Assembly (NCBI GenBank): GCA_947569245.1
Contig: CANORV010000002.1
Coordinates: 1 to 43,423, forward strand
Reading direction: 5' to 3'
Source: an uncultured Mycoplasmatota bacterium
Lineage (GTDB): Bacteria; Bacillota_I; Bacilli_A; RF39; UBA660
DNA length: 43,423 nt
Notes under the pieces: generated by a model
Database searches by the model: none
What the model was told of the DNA's origin: nothing
Seen by the model: the letters and a program-made list of their open reading frames with translations, nothing else
Translations under genes and position numbers: made by a program
Shown: positions 9,102 to 18,941 of the stretch, in pieces
Position numbering within the stretch: position 1 is the first letter of the stretch
Layout: every line of letters begins with the position of its first letter

Positions 9102-10376
9102 TTAACTTTCTTTAGCTTGTTCTATTTCTTTTTGTTCTTTTTTATCCATTTCTTCAGTTTTAAAAATATCTTGAATATTTAAATCAATTGCATCTTCTAT
9201 TTCAACTAATTTATATATTTCTTCAAATGATGTATATCCTGCTATTACTTTTTGTAAACCATCTTGAAGTAGAGTAGTAACTTCACCTTTTTCATATACC
9301 ATTTCACGTAATTGACTTTTTTGTAAATCCTCATTATTAATAGCGTCTCTTATAGCATCATTTAATAAAAGAACTTCTTGAATGGCAATACGACCACGGT
9401 AACCATGTCGGCATTTATTACAACCTTTAATATCCCAAGTTTCTGGAACATCTTTATTTAAAACTTCTTTAAAAACTCGTTTTTCAAAGGTACTTGTTTT
9501 TCGTAGGATAGAACAATATGGACAGATACGACGAGCTAATTTTTGAGAGATAATTCCTGTTAAAGCAGTTGATAGTAAATATCTTTCGACATCCATATCA
9601 AGTAAACGCTCGATTGTAGAAAGGGAATTATTAGTATGGATAGTTGATAGAACTAAATGCCCAGTAATCGATGCACGGACTGCAATTTGAGCAGTTTCAC
9701 TATCACGAATTTCTCCAATTAATATAACATTAGGATCTTGTCTTAATATAGAACGTAGGGCAGTAGCAAAGGTCATTCCAATTTCAGAATTGACTTGTAC
9801 CTGATTTATACCTTCAATATTCATCTCTATTGGATCTTCAACAGTAATTATATTAGTTTCTTCTTTATTTAAAGCTTTTAGCATGGTATAAGTTGTTGTA
9901 CTTTTTCCAGAACCAGTAGCACCAGTTACTAGAATAATACCATTTGGCACTTCTAACATTCTTTTTAATTTTACAAAATTTTGGGGAGAAAAGTCGAGTG
10001 TTTCGACGCCTCCTGTACTTTTTGTAAAATCGAGGATACGAATAACAACTTTTTCACCTTCGTTTGTTGGAAGAACACTAACACGCATATCTAAATCAGT
10101 TCCATCAATTCGTCCCTTTATAGCTCCATCTTGTGGAAGACGACTTTCAGTTATATTCATATTAGATATTAGTTTTATCCTAGTTACTAAATTTCTTTCA
10201 TATTCTTTTGGAATAATAGTATGATCTTTTAAATCACCATCAACACGAAAACGAATCTTTAATCCTTCTTCAATTGGGTCATAGTGAATGTCAGATGCAC
10301 GTGATTTAACAGCTGCTAAAATAATTTTGTTAGCCAAATCAACTATTGGTATATTGGCTATGTCATATTCTATCAT
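9102..10376 (-). CDS. Type II/IV secretion (type IV pilus / competence pseudopilus) assembly ATPase, GspE/PilB/ComGA family
   Basis: Motifs DIHYDP...RFRVDG, Walker A GATGSGKSTT, ILRQDPNVILIGEIRD and the His box GHLVLSTIHTN. Tetracysteine CPYC...CNKC. Confidence 0.9.
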   Translation of the reverse strand: MIEYDIANIPIVDLANKIILAAVKSRASDIHYDPIEEGLKIRFRVDGDLKDHTIIPKEYERNLVTRIKLISNMNITESRLPQDGAIKGRIDGTDLDMRVSVLPTNEGEKVVIRILDFTKSTGGVETLDFSPQNFVKLKRMLEVPNGIILVTGATGSGKSTTTYTMLKALNKEETNIITVEDPIEMNIEGINQVQVNSEIGMTFATALRSILRQDPNVILIGEIRDSETAQIAVRASITGHLVLSTIHTNNSLSTIERLLDMDVERYLLSTALTGIISQKLARRICPYCSILRKTSTFEKRVFKEVLNKDVPETWDIKGCNKCRHGYRGRIAIQEVLLLNDAIRDAINNEDLQKSQLREMVYEKGEVTTLLQDGLQKVIAGYTSFEEIYKLVEIEDAIDLNIQDIFKTEEMDKKEQKEIEQAKES

Positions 10377-10480
10377 AATAAGTTCCCCTTTACATTCTTC
10401 GATAAATTGTCTATAGTATTTTATCTTAATTTATTATATAATAATTTTATAAGATAATCAAGTAAGAGGAATGTGATTTT

Positions 10481-11083
10481 ATGAAAAATAGCAATAACAA
10501 TGGTTTTATTTTGGCAGAAACCTTAGTAGTTACGGTATTTGTTATGATTATGTTCATGTTTTTATATCGTAATTCATTACCTTTAGTTGGTGAATATGAA
10601 AGACGTAAAAACTATGATGATATTGAAACAGTTTATGCTGCAAATGAAATAAAAAAACTTATACTTATGGATCCGGCATTTGATAGTTGGGCTAATACTG
10701 TCAAAAATGATTATTATAAGGATTTATCAGATTGTTCTAATTATTCAACTGATGATCTTAGAATTATGTGTGGTGTTTTAAAACAGAAACTTGGGATGGA
10801 TACAGGTAGTAAAAAAGATTATATTTTGCTTGTTACTAATGATATAAATCGATTTAGGCTTAAAGTTAAAAGGGGGGAAATATTTAATGAAGGTGGTAGA
10901 CGTGCTGTAAAAGATTATATAAGTTATCTACCTTCAATAACTTCACACACTGCAGGATATGATCAATACTATCTGATATTTAGTCGTACTGAAATACTTG
11001 ATATTGGTAAACAAAAGGAAGAAGAAATTGTTTATACTAAAAAACAGGTTCAAAAATTTGCTTATTTGGAGGTAAACAGATAA
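10481..11083 (+). CDS. Prepilin-type (type IV pilin / pseudopilin) protein
   Basis: Class III signal MKNSNNNG|FILAE with Glu at +5, followed by a hydrophobic helix. RBS AAGAGGA upstream. Confidence 0.75.
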   Translation: MKNSNNNGFILAETLVVTVFVMIMFMFLYRNSLPLVGEYERRKNYDDIETVYAANEIKKLILMDPAFDSWANTVKNDYYKDLSDCSNYSTDDLRIMCGVLKQKLGMDTGSKKDYILLVTNDINRFRLKVKRGEIFNEGGRRAVKDYISYLPSITSHTAGYDQYYLIFSRTEILDIGKQKEEEIVYTKKQVQKFAYLEVNR

Positions 11084-11643
11084 TGAAAAAATTAGGAAAT
11101 AGGGGTTTTACAATAGTTGAAGTAATTGTTTGTTTTGTTTTATTAATGATTATTGTTACAGCTATGTTAAAAGTTGCAATGTCTTATAGAACAACAGCTC
11201 AAAATAAAGAGGTAGAAGAACAACTTAGTATGTATAAAAACTTGCTTACTAAAGATGTTAACAAAGATATTTTGGAACGTGGTTTAGAAAGTATGCAACG
11301 ATGTAGTAGTAGTGAAGGAAGATGTGTTAAACTAAATTTTATCGATGGAACTTTTAAGGATTTTATTCTTGCTGATGTTAATGTATTTGATAGAAATAGT
11401 GTTCAAAATAAATATGTTCGATATGGTGGTATAAAATATCCAATGATGAAAGATGAAATTCCTGATGTTTTAAGTGAGGGTTCTAGACCAGGTGATTATC
11501 AGTCTATATATATTAGTAGTGGTGATATATTTGATGCAACAGAACTTAATTTGGGAATTGTTTATACTATAGAGTTTAAAATAGAATATGCTGATTTAGA
11601 TGATGATTATGGTATACATATTACAACACTAGTTAAAAAGTAG
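11083..11643 (+). CDS. Prepilin-type (type IV pilin / pseudopilin) protein
   Basis: Class III signal MKKLGNRG|FTIVE with Glu at +5. The start overlaps the upstream stop (TAATG), consistent with translational coupling. Confidence 0.75.
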   Translation: MKKLGNRGFTIVEVIVCFVLLMIIVTAMLKVAMSYRTTAQNKEVEEQLSMYKNLLTKDVNKDILERGLESMQRCSSSEGRCVKLNFIDGTFKDFILADVNVFDRNSVQNKYVRYGGIKYPMMKDEIPDVLSEGSRPGDYQSIYISSGDIFDATELNLGIVYTIEFKIEYADLDDDYGIHITTLVKK

Positions 11644-12586
11644 CTGTTAGATAAAAAAGAATAGATATAATGATTGACGATATAATTACATGAAGAATTC
11701 TAGCATATAAAAAATCATTATATTTTATTTTTGTATCAGAAATAATACTTAGTATTTGCATATGAACACTAAAACCTCCAAAAGAGATGATGGCAGTCAT
11801 TAAAATAGCACGTGAAATAATTGATATTTGTAGATTTGAAACAAAAATCAAGCCACCTGTCATTTCTAAGATACATGATGATGTTTGTTTGATAAGGTTT
11901 GAAATAGCAAATGTTGAGATAATAGAATTAATTATTAAAAAAATAGTTATGATTCCAAGTAGAAGTGATAATGTTTTTATAGCGTCAGTTACAGAAAGAG
12001 TGATATTTTCTCCTAAAGACTTATTTGAACCTAGTTGATTTAAGGCTTTTTTTAGAGATACTTTTTCTTTTTTATATGCAATTTTTCTTTTAAATATAAT
12101 AGCTATAACAAAGTTTCCTAAATAATGACTTACTAGAATTAATAATCCAAGTTTTGTATCTTGAAGTAGAAGACTTCCGATAGTTCCAATTATAAATAGT
12201 GGGTTTGAAAAATGAGTAAATTTGATTAAGTAAGAAGCATCCTCTAATGAAATTTGCTTGTTATTTAGTAGTTCTCTTATATATTTACTACTTGAAGGGA
12301 AACCTGCTATCATACTAATTATTAAAATAAATGAACTACTTCCTGGAAGAGAAAAGTATTTGGCTGTTTTATTTTTTAAAAGTTCTCCCATAAAGGATGG
12401 AAAATTATAATTTACTAAAAGATTACTTATTACAAACATTGGAAAAAGGGTAGGAAATACTTTATTTTTCCAAAGAGTTATACCAAGTATTGCACTGTCT
12501 ATGACGTTTTTTGAATTTAGTAAAATAGCTATAGTTAATGTCAATAAAATGCCAACTATAATAGTATTTATTGTTTTTTCTTTCAT
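11633..12586 (-). CDS. ylbJ: Sporulation integral membrane protein YlbJ-like (nucleoside-recognition/Gate domain family)
   Basis: Polytopic 317-aa membrane protein. It lies divergent from a ylbL-like gene, as in Bacillus. Confidence 0.55.
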   Translation of the reverse strand: MKEKTINTIIVGILLTLTIAILLNSKNVIDSAILGITLWKNKVFPTLFPMFVISNLLVNYNFPSFMGELLKNKTAKYFSLPGSSSFILIISMIAGFPSSSKYIRELLNNKQISLEDASYLIKFTHFSNPLFIIGTIGSLLLQDTKLGLLILVSHYLGNFVIAIIFKRKIAYKKEKVSLKKALNQLGSNKSLGENITLSVTDAIKTLSLLLGIITIFLIINSIISTFAISNLIKQTSSCILEMTGGLIFVSNLQISIISRAILMTAIISFGGFSVHMQILSIISDTKIKYNDFLYARILHVIISSIIISILFYLTATF

Positions 12587-12631
12587 AAATAAGCCTCTTT
12601 CGTGTTATAATTTATTGTAAAGGAGAAAAAT

Positions 12632-13645
12632 ATGATTAATAAAGCATATGAAAAATTTATAAAATTTATAAAAGAAAATTATAAAATATTATTAGTATAT
12701 ATCATATTATTTATAGTTTTAACATTTCGTCTTCCTTATTATATATATGTAGGTGGTGGAACAATAAATGTAAATAGTCGTATTTCTATTCAAAACGAGA
12801 CTACAAGTAAGGGAAGCTTTAATTTGGCTTATGTTTCTGAGGTTAAGGCAACGATTCCAACACTTATTCTTAGTAGATTATTTTCTTCTTGGGATGTTGT
12901 TAAAGTAGATGAACTTACTTTGGGAGATAATGAAAGTGAAAAAGATGTTTTAGTTAGGGATAAACTTTATTTAAATGATGCTAATCAAAATGCTATTAAA
13001 GTGGCATATGAAAAGGCTGGAAAGACTTTTAAAGTAACAAGTATTGATTTAATTATTGCATATATTAGAGAAGATAGTAAAACTGATATGAAAGTTGGAG
13101 ATATCGTTTTAGAAATTGATGGTATTAAAGTGAAAGATTTTGATAATCTTGGAAATCTTATAAGAAAACATGAAATAAATGATAAGATAAATTTTGTTGT
13201 TATGAGGGATAAAAAAGAAGTAGAGTGTTATGCTATTTTACAAGAGATTAATGATACTAAAGTAGTTGGTATTTCTTTTATGCAAGATTTTAATTATGAA
13301 ACAGATCCAAAGATAGAGTTAAAATTTAAATCTTCTGAATCTGGTCCTTCTGGTGGATTAATGACAGCTATTAGTATTTATGATAAATTGGTAGATGATG
13401 ATTTAACTAAGGGATTAAAAATTGTTGGAACAGGTACAATTAATAGTGATGGAACTGTAGGAAGTATCGGTGGGGTAAAATATAAATTAAAAGGTGCTGT
13501 AAGGTCTAAAGCCGATGTGTTTATTGTACCAAATGAAGAAAACTATGATGAAGTTATGAAAATAATGAAAAAGGAAAAATATAAAATAAAGATTTTGGGT
13601 GTATCAACTTTTGATGAAGCTATTAAAAAAATTAATGAATTATAA
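12632..13645 (+). CDS. ylbL: PDZ-domain Lon-like (S16) serine protease, YlbL/SepM family
   Basis: N-terminal TM segment, a PDZ-like segment (GDIVLEIDG), then the Lon catalytic region SGPSGGLMTA ... GTGTINSDGTVGSIGGVKYKLKGA. Confidence 0.75.
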   Translation: MINKAYEKFIKFIKENYKILLVYIILFIVLTFRLPYYIYVGGGTINVNSRISIQNETTSKGSFNLAYVSEVKATIPTLILSRLFSSWDVVKVDELTLGDNESEKDVLVRDKLYLNDANQNAIKVAYEKAGKTFKVTSIDLIIAYIREDSKTDMKVGDIVLEIDGIKVKDFDNLGNLIRKHEINDKINFVVMRDKKEVECYAILQEINDTKVVGISFMQDFNYETDPKIELKFKSSESGPSGGLMTAISIYDKLVDDDLTKGLKIVGTGTINSDGTVGSIGGVKYKLKGAVRSKADVFIVPNEENYDEVMKIMKKEKYKIKILGVSTFDEAIKKINEL

Positions 13646-13815
13646 ACAAATTATATAAGTAAGAATTTTAAATAAGGTTGTTTAGTTGTCATGGCTATTT
13701 TAATTAAATAGATTTTGATAAAAATAATTACTGATGTAGATTTCTATTAACCTTATTTTTTATTTTTGGTTATTACTTTCATATTTGATATTTTTTTTAA
13801 AAATTGTCTATTTTC

Positions 13816-13844
13816 TTGCATGTAGTACATATTCAATGTATAAT
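13816..13844 (+). promoter_or_regulatory. sigma-A type promoter for mutS
   Basis: TTGCAT (13816-13821), 17-nt spacer, TATAAT (13839-13844). Confidence 0.6.
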
Positions 13845-13863
13845 ATTTTTAGGTGAAGTAGTA

Positions 13864-16416
13864 ATGTTACGTAGTGAAGTAGATAGAGATAAAGTGTCTC
13901 CAATGATGAAACAATATTTAGAAATTAAGGATAAATACGAAGATAGTATTATCTTTTTTAGACTTGGTGATTTTTATGAGATGTTTTTTGATGATGCTAA
14001 AACAGCTAGTAGGGAATTGGAGCTTACATTAACTGGTAAAAATTGTGGATTAGATGAAAGAGTTCCAATGTGTGGTGTACCATATCATGCTTATAAAAGT
14101 TATTTAGATAAATTGATAGATAAAGGGTATAAGGTTGCAATTGTTGAACAACTTACTAATCCTAAGGATACTAAAAAAATGGTAGAAAGAGATGTTATTC
14201 AAGTTGTTACTAAAGGAACAAGATTAGATGATGAACTTAATGCCAAAGATTATAATTATGTTGGAAATGTTTACGATTTTGAGTATTGTTATGGACTTAG
14301 TTTTACAGATATTTCAACAGGATATTTTTATGCAATGATAATAGATATTGATACTAGAAAACTTGTTAATGAAATAGTTGTTCATAATATTAAGGAAATA
14401 ATTGTTAATGAAAAAATTGATAGGACTATTATTAATACATTAAGGGAAGAATATAATATTTTGGTTACAATAAAATCAGATATCTTAGAAGATAGTAAGT
14501 ATGAATATGTATATAAGGATTTAAATGATATTAGACTTACTACAACGGTTAAACATTTACTTAGCTATGTTTGTTCCATGAAACTTGGAAATTTAGAACA
14601 CTTACAAAAGGTTGAAATAATTAATCCAAACAAATATCTTTATTTTGATGTACACACGAAAAAAAATCTAGAACTTTGTGAAACTATTAGAAATAGAGAT
14701 AAAACATATTCTCTTTTGTGGCTTTTAGATAAGACAAAAACAGCTATGGGGAGTAGATTTTTAAAACTAAATATTGAAAATCCACTTACAGATAAAAAGG
14801 AAATAGAAAGACGTTATAATATAATTGAAAAGTTGTTGACAGAGTTTATTTTAAAAGAAGAGTTACGTAATGAGCTTGATGGAGTGTATGATTTAGAAAG
14901 ACTTGCAAGTAGAATTAGTTATGGTAATTTAAATGCAAGAGATATGATTCAGTTAAAAAATTCACTTGGACATTTACCTAAAATTAGAGATATCTTAAAA
15001 GAATTAAATTATGATAAAAATATTGAAACATTAGATGAAGTTTTTTTACTTCTTGATAATTCAATTAATTTGGATCCTCCAGTTACATTAAAAGAAGGTT
15101 CTTTAATAAAAGAAGGATATAACGATGAACTTGATTCACTTAGAAGTATCAGAAAAAATAGTAAAAATTACATCATGGAAATAGAAAGATGTGAAAGAGA
15201 AAAGACTGGAATTAAGAACTTAAAGATTGGTTTTAATAAGGTTTTTGGTTATTATATAGAAGTGTCTAAGGGTAATATAGATATGGTTAAAGAGGAGTTT
15301 GGATGGATTAGAAAGCAAACCCTTACAACAGGTGAAAGATATATTACTCAAGATTTGAAGGAAAAAGAAGATATTATTTTAGGTAGTGAAGAAAAAATTA
15401 TTAATCTAGAATATAAATTATTTATGGATATTAGAGAAAAAGTTAAATCTTATATTGGAAAAATTCAAAAACAAGCTAAAGTAATAGCAGAGATTGATAT
15501 GCTTATTTCTCTTTCGTTGGTTGCTAGTGAAAATGGTTATGTTAGACCAACTATTGTAAATGATAGAAGTATAAATATTAAGGATGGACGTCATCCGGTT
15601 GTTGAAAAAGTATCAAAAGATGGTTATGTGCCAAATGATATTGTTATGGGAAAGACAACGGATATTTTACTTATTACAGGACCTAATATGGCAGGTAAAT
15701 CTACTTACATGAGGCAGCTTGCTATAATTATTATTATGGCTCAAATAGGTTCTTACGTTCCTTGTAAAAGCTGTATGATTCCAATATTTGATAAAATATT
15801 TACCCGTATTGGAGCCAGTGATGACTTAGTTAGTGGAGAATCTACTTTTATGGTGGAAATGAAAGAGGCTAATATTGCTATATCAACCGCTACTGTTAAT
15901 AGTTTGATTTTATTTGATGAACTTGGACGTGGAACTGCAACTTATGATGGGATGAGTTTAGCTCAAGCTATACTTGAATATATTCATGATGAGATTCATG
16001 CAAAAACTTTGTTTTCTACACATTATCATGAACTTACTAGACTTGAAGCTGATTTGCAAAATTTAAAAAATGTTCATGTAAGTGCTAAGGAAGAAAATGG
16101 TACTGTCACATTTTTACATAAAATTAAAAATGGAGCTGTTGATAAAAGTTATGGTATTCATGTTGCTAAACTGGCAAAACTTCCTGATTGTTTGATTAAA
16201 AGGGCAGGGGAGATTTTAGATGTTTATGAACATAAGGAAAATGGTAAACAAACATTTCAACAAACTTCTTTATTTTTAAATTTAGAATCTGAGGATAAGG
16301 TTAAAAATGTAATAGAAGAAAAACTTGAAAAAATTAATCCTCTTGAAATTACTCCAATAGAAGCACTTAATATTTTGTATGAATTAAAAACAGATTATAA
16401 TGATAAGACAAAGTAA
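13864..16416 (+). CDS. mutS: DNA mismatch repair protein MutS
   Basis: N-terminal SPMMKQYLEIK...FYEMF, Walker A GPNMAGKST, DELGRGT and STHYHEL. The ATG at 13864 is preferred (AGGTGA RBS), since the listed upstream start overlaps the promoter. Confidence 0.95.
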   Translation: MLRSEVDRDKVSPMMKQYLEIKDKYEDSIIFFRLGDFYEMFFDDAKTASRELELTLTGKNCGLDERVPMCGVPYHAYKSYLDKLIDKGYKVAIVEQLTNPKDTKKMVERDVIQVVTKGTRLDDELNAKDYNYVGNVYDFEYCYGLSFTDISTGYFYAMIIDIDTRKLVNEIVVHNIKEIIVNEKIDRTIINTLREEYNILVTIKSDILEDSKYEYVYKDLNDIRLTTTVKHLLSYVCSMKLGNLEHLQKVEIINPNKYLYFDVHTKKNLELCETIRNRDKTYSLLWLLDKTKTAMGSRFLKLNIENPLTDKKEIERRYNIIEKLLTEFILKEELRNELDGVYDLERLASRISYGNLNARDMIQLKNSLGHLPKIRDILKELNYDKNIETLDEVFLLLDNSINLDPPVTLKEGSLIKEGYNDELDSLRSIRKNSKNYIMEIERCEREKTGIKNLKIGFNKVFGYYIEVSKGNIDMVKEEFGWIRKQTLTTGERYITQDLKEKEDIILGSEEKIINLEYKLFMDIREKVKSYIGKIQKQAKVIAEIDMLISLSLVASENGYVRPTIVNDRSINIKDGRHPVVEKVSKDGYVPNDIVMGKTTDILLITGPNMAGKSTYMRQLAIIIIMAQIGSYVPCKSCMIPIFDKIFTRIGASDDLVSGESTFMVEMKEANIAISTATVNSLILFDELGRGTATYDGMSLAQAILEYIHDEIHAKTLFSTHYHELTRLEADLQNLKNVHVSAKEENGTVTFLHKIKNGAVDKSYGIHVAKLAKLPDCLIKRAGEILDVYEHKENGKQTFQQTSLFLNLESEDKVKNVIEEKLEKINPLEITPIEALNILYELKTDYNDKTK

Positions 16417-16632
16417 TGTAGAAATCTGTTTGTTTAATAAAAGGTTTAAAGCTATAAAAATAGCAGATATTTAAATGTTATAAATAATTGTTTTAATGAT
16501 ATCAAATGACTTATTAGAAGGTGGAAGAATATTTAAAACCTAATATTTTGTTTTTATATATTTAAATTAACTTTAAAAATAATTTGTATACTTTTTACTC
16601 TAAGTATGATACAATTTTTTTAGGTGATTTTT

Positions 16633-17028
16633 ATGAAAAACAGAAGTGAATTAAGAGAAATTATCATGCGTGTTATTTATCAAATAAGTATTATGAAAAA
16701 TGCATCTCTTGAGTATGATGTTGATAATCTTATAAATGAACAACTCGAGGTTAAAAATGAGTTTGTAGAAAGTATTGTGTATGGTATTTTAAAACATGAT
16801 GATATCTTAATAGAGAAAGCTAATTTATATATGGATAATTGGACAATTGATAGACTTAATAATGTCGATCAAGCTATTTTAAAAATCGGAATTTATGAGC
16901 TTCTTTATACTGATACACCTGATGTTGTTGCAATCAATGAAGCAATCGAGCTTTCTAAAATTTACAGTGATGAAAAGGTTACTAAGATGATTAATGCAGT
17001 ACTCGATAGTATTTATAAAAATAAATAA
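16633..17028 (+). CDS. nusB: Transcription antitermination factor NusB
   Basis: About 130 aa with the pattern [14 protein letters not shown] ... [12 protein letters not shown] ... [15 protein letters not shown] lies 6 nt before the ATG at 16633. Confidence 0.85.
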   Translation: MKNRSELREIIMRVIYQISIMKNASLEYDVDNLINEQLEVKNEFVESIVYGILKHDDILIEKANLYMDNWTIDRLNNVDQAILKIGIYELLYTDTPDVVAINEAIELSKIYSDEKVTKMINAVLDSIYKNK

Positions 17029-17050
17029 AGATTAAAATAATCTTTTTTGT
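17027..17050 (+). terminator. Short AT-rich terminator after nusB
   Basis: Stem AAAGATTA / TAATCTTT with a 3-nt loop, followed by a T-run. Confidence 0.45.
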
Positions 17051-17078
17051 TTTTATGCTTTTAGCAAACAAATGTTTG

Positions 17079-17087
17079 TGATATAAT
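17079..17087 (+). promoter_or_regulatory. Extended -10 promoter (TGATATAAT) for xseA
   Basis: Perfect TGnTATAAT 24 nt upstream of the xseA ATG. Confidence 0.55.
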
Positions 17088-17110
17088 GTATTTGAATGTG
17101 AGTTGATAAT

Positions 17111-18376
17111 ATGCAGGAAAAATATATAACAGTTACACAGTTGACTAGGTATATTAAATTTAAAATTGATAATGATGAAAATTTGAATATTGTTTTTTTA
17201 AAGGGAGAAATATCTAATTTTAAAGCACATAGTAGAGGACATTTTTATTTTACATTAAAGGATGAAAATTCACGGATTAATGCTATTATGTTTGCATCAA
17301 GTGCCAATCGTATAAATTTTACTCCAATTGATGGAATGAAAGTTATGATTGTCGGAAAAGTTAGTGTTTATGAAGCTAATGGTGGATATCAAATATATGT
17401 TAATGAAATGATTGAGGATGGTATTGGAAATCTTTATTTAGAATTTGAAAAATTAAAGAAAAAACTAGCAAGTGAAGGTTTATTTGATAAAGAAAAGAAA
17501 AAGCCAATACCAAAATTTCCTAGGACTATTGGTATTGTTACGGCCCCAACAGGTGCTGCTATTCGAGATATTTTGTCGACGATTAAAAGAAGATGGCCGA
17601 TTGCTAGGACAATTCTTTTTCCTGCATTAGTTCAGGGATCTGATGCTGCAAAATCAATAGTTAAGCAAATAGAAAAAGCTAATACTTATGATATAGATGT
17701 TCTAATTGTTGGAAGAGGTGGTGGCTCAATTGAAGATTTATGGTGCTTTAATGAGGAAATAGTAGCTAGAAGTATTTATAATTCATATGTTCCAATAATT
17801 AGTGCTGTTGGACATGAGGTTGATTTTACTATTAGTGATTTTGTTGCAGATTTAAGAGCTCCAACTCCAACAGGTGCAGCGGAAATGGCTGTTCCTAATA
17901 TGGTTGATTTTGATAATTATTTAAAGCAAGTTAAGATTAGACTTAATAAAGCTTTTATGAATAATATTAAAATTAAAAAAGAGAAATTTAATGCTATTAG
18001 AGATAGTTATATTTTAAAAAATCCACTTTCTATATATGAAATCAAAGAACAGAAATTTGATAATTTATTTGAAAGGTTACAGCTTGCATCTACTTCTTAT
18101 ATATATAAAAACAAAAATAATTATTTAGCAATTAATGATAAACTTAAGATTGTTATACAAAAAAATTTGGATTATAATAAAAATAGATTTTTAGTATCAA
18201 TTAATAAACTTGAAGCATTAAATCCTTTGCTTGTAATAAAGCGTGGATATTCAATTATAAAGAAAAATGATGTGGCAGTGGCAAGTATAAATTCACTAAA
18301 AAAGGGAGATAATATAAATATTGAATTAATGGATGGAGAAGTTAATGCTAATATAGTAGGAGTAAAAAAAGTATGA
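17111..18376 (+). CDS. xseA: Exodeoxyribonuclease VII large subunit
   Basis: N-terminal OB-fold region ITVTQLTRYIK...GEISNFK, catalytic region GIVTAPTGAAIRD ... GRGGGSIEDLWCFNEE and a coiled-coil tail. It follows nusB as in Bacillus. Confidence 0.93.
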   Translation: MQEKYITVTQLTRYIKFKIDNDENLNIVFLKGEISNFKAHSRGHFYFTLKDENSRINAIMFASSANRINFTPIDGMKVMIVGKVSVYEANGGYQIYVNEMIEDGIGNLYLEFEKLKKKLASEGLFDKEKKKPIPKFPRTIGIVTAPTGAAIRDILSTIKRRWPIARTILFPALVQGSDAAKSIVKQIEKANTYDIDVLIVGRGGGSIEDLWCFNEEIVARSIYNSYVPIISAVGHEVDFTISDFVADLRAPTPTGAAEMAVPNMVDFDNYLKQVKIRLNKAFMNNIKIKKEKFNAIRDSYILKNPLSIYEIKEQKFDNLFERLQLASTSYIYKNKNNYLAINDKLKIVIQKNLDYNKNRFLVSINKLEALNPLLVIKRGYSIIKKNDVAVASINSLKKGDNINIELMDGEVNANIVGVKKV

Positions 18377-18807
18377 ATAGGTATGATAATGATGTTACAC
18401 GAATGATTATGGAAGAAAATATTCTTAAAAAACCTACAAAGAAAAACAAACATAAAGTGGCAAAAATAGAAAGTAAGGAAACTTTTTTTAATGATATTTC
18501 TAATCTTGAAGTAATTTTTATCTTTCTTTATATTTTCACATTGATAATAGATGTTTTGACTTCTGTATCGAAAATAGGTAATTCAATTATTAAAAAGAAT
18601 GCTTTTTATTCTAATTTTATTTATATTATAATGTTTTTTGTTTTTATACATAGTATTTTAGTTTTTGGCTACTCATTATATCTTAGAAAAAAATATAATT
18701 ACGAGGTCAAATATATTATTAGAACATTAGTAAAACCGATACTATTACTAGTTTTAACATTAATTATTTTAATTATACGGGTAAAATTCATAAATAAATA
18801 TTTATAA
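18373..18807 (+). CDS. Hypothetical small membrane protein (basic N-terminus plus about 3 TM helices)
   Basis: The ATG overlaps the xseA TGA stop (ATGA). TAGGAG lies 11 nt upstream, and hydrophobic segments follow. Confidence 0.5.
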   Translation: MNRYDNDVTRMIMEENILKKPTKKNKHKVAKIESKETFFNDISNLEVIFIFLYIFTLIIDVLTSVSKIGNSIIKKNAFYSNFIYIIMFFVFIHSILVFGYSLYLRKKYNYEVKYIIRTLVKPILLLVLTLIILIIRVKFINKYL

Positions 18808-18924
18808 AAGGAGAAGGTTGAAAAAACATAATTAAATTGAAACACGCAAAAGGAGTTCAAAAATAGTAAAATTTTTTTGAACTTAGAATAGTCAATGAAG
18901 ACTATAAAATAAGTAGATCTTTGA

Positions 18925-18941
18925 AATAGTAAACTGTTATT
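18925..18941. repeat. 17-bp inverted repeat, arm 1 (AATAGTAAACTGTTATT)
   Basis: Exact reverse complement of 20406-20422. It overlaps the transposase stop codon. Confidence 0.9.

Noticed and set aside
13670-13761. 10-bp stem AAATAAGGTT / AACCTTATTT enclosing about 70 nt and followed by a T-run, between ylbL and mutS (a possible structured RNA)
   Set aside because: The loop is very large, the inner pairing is weak and AT-only, and no recognisable riboswitch or sRNA motif is present. It is probably just an untidy terminator region.
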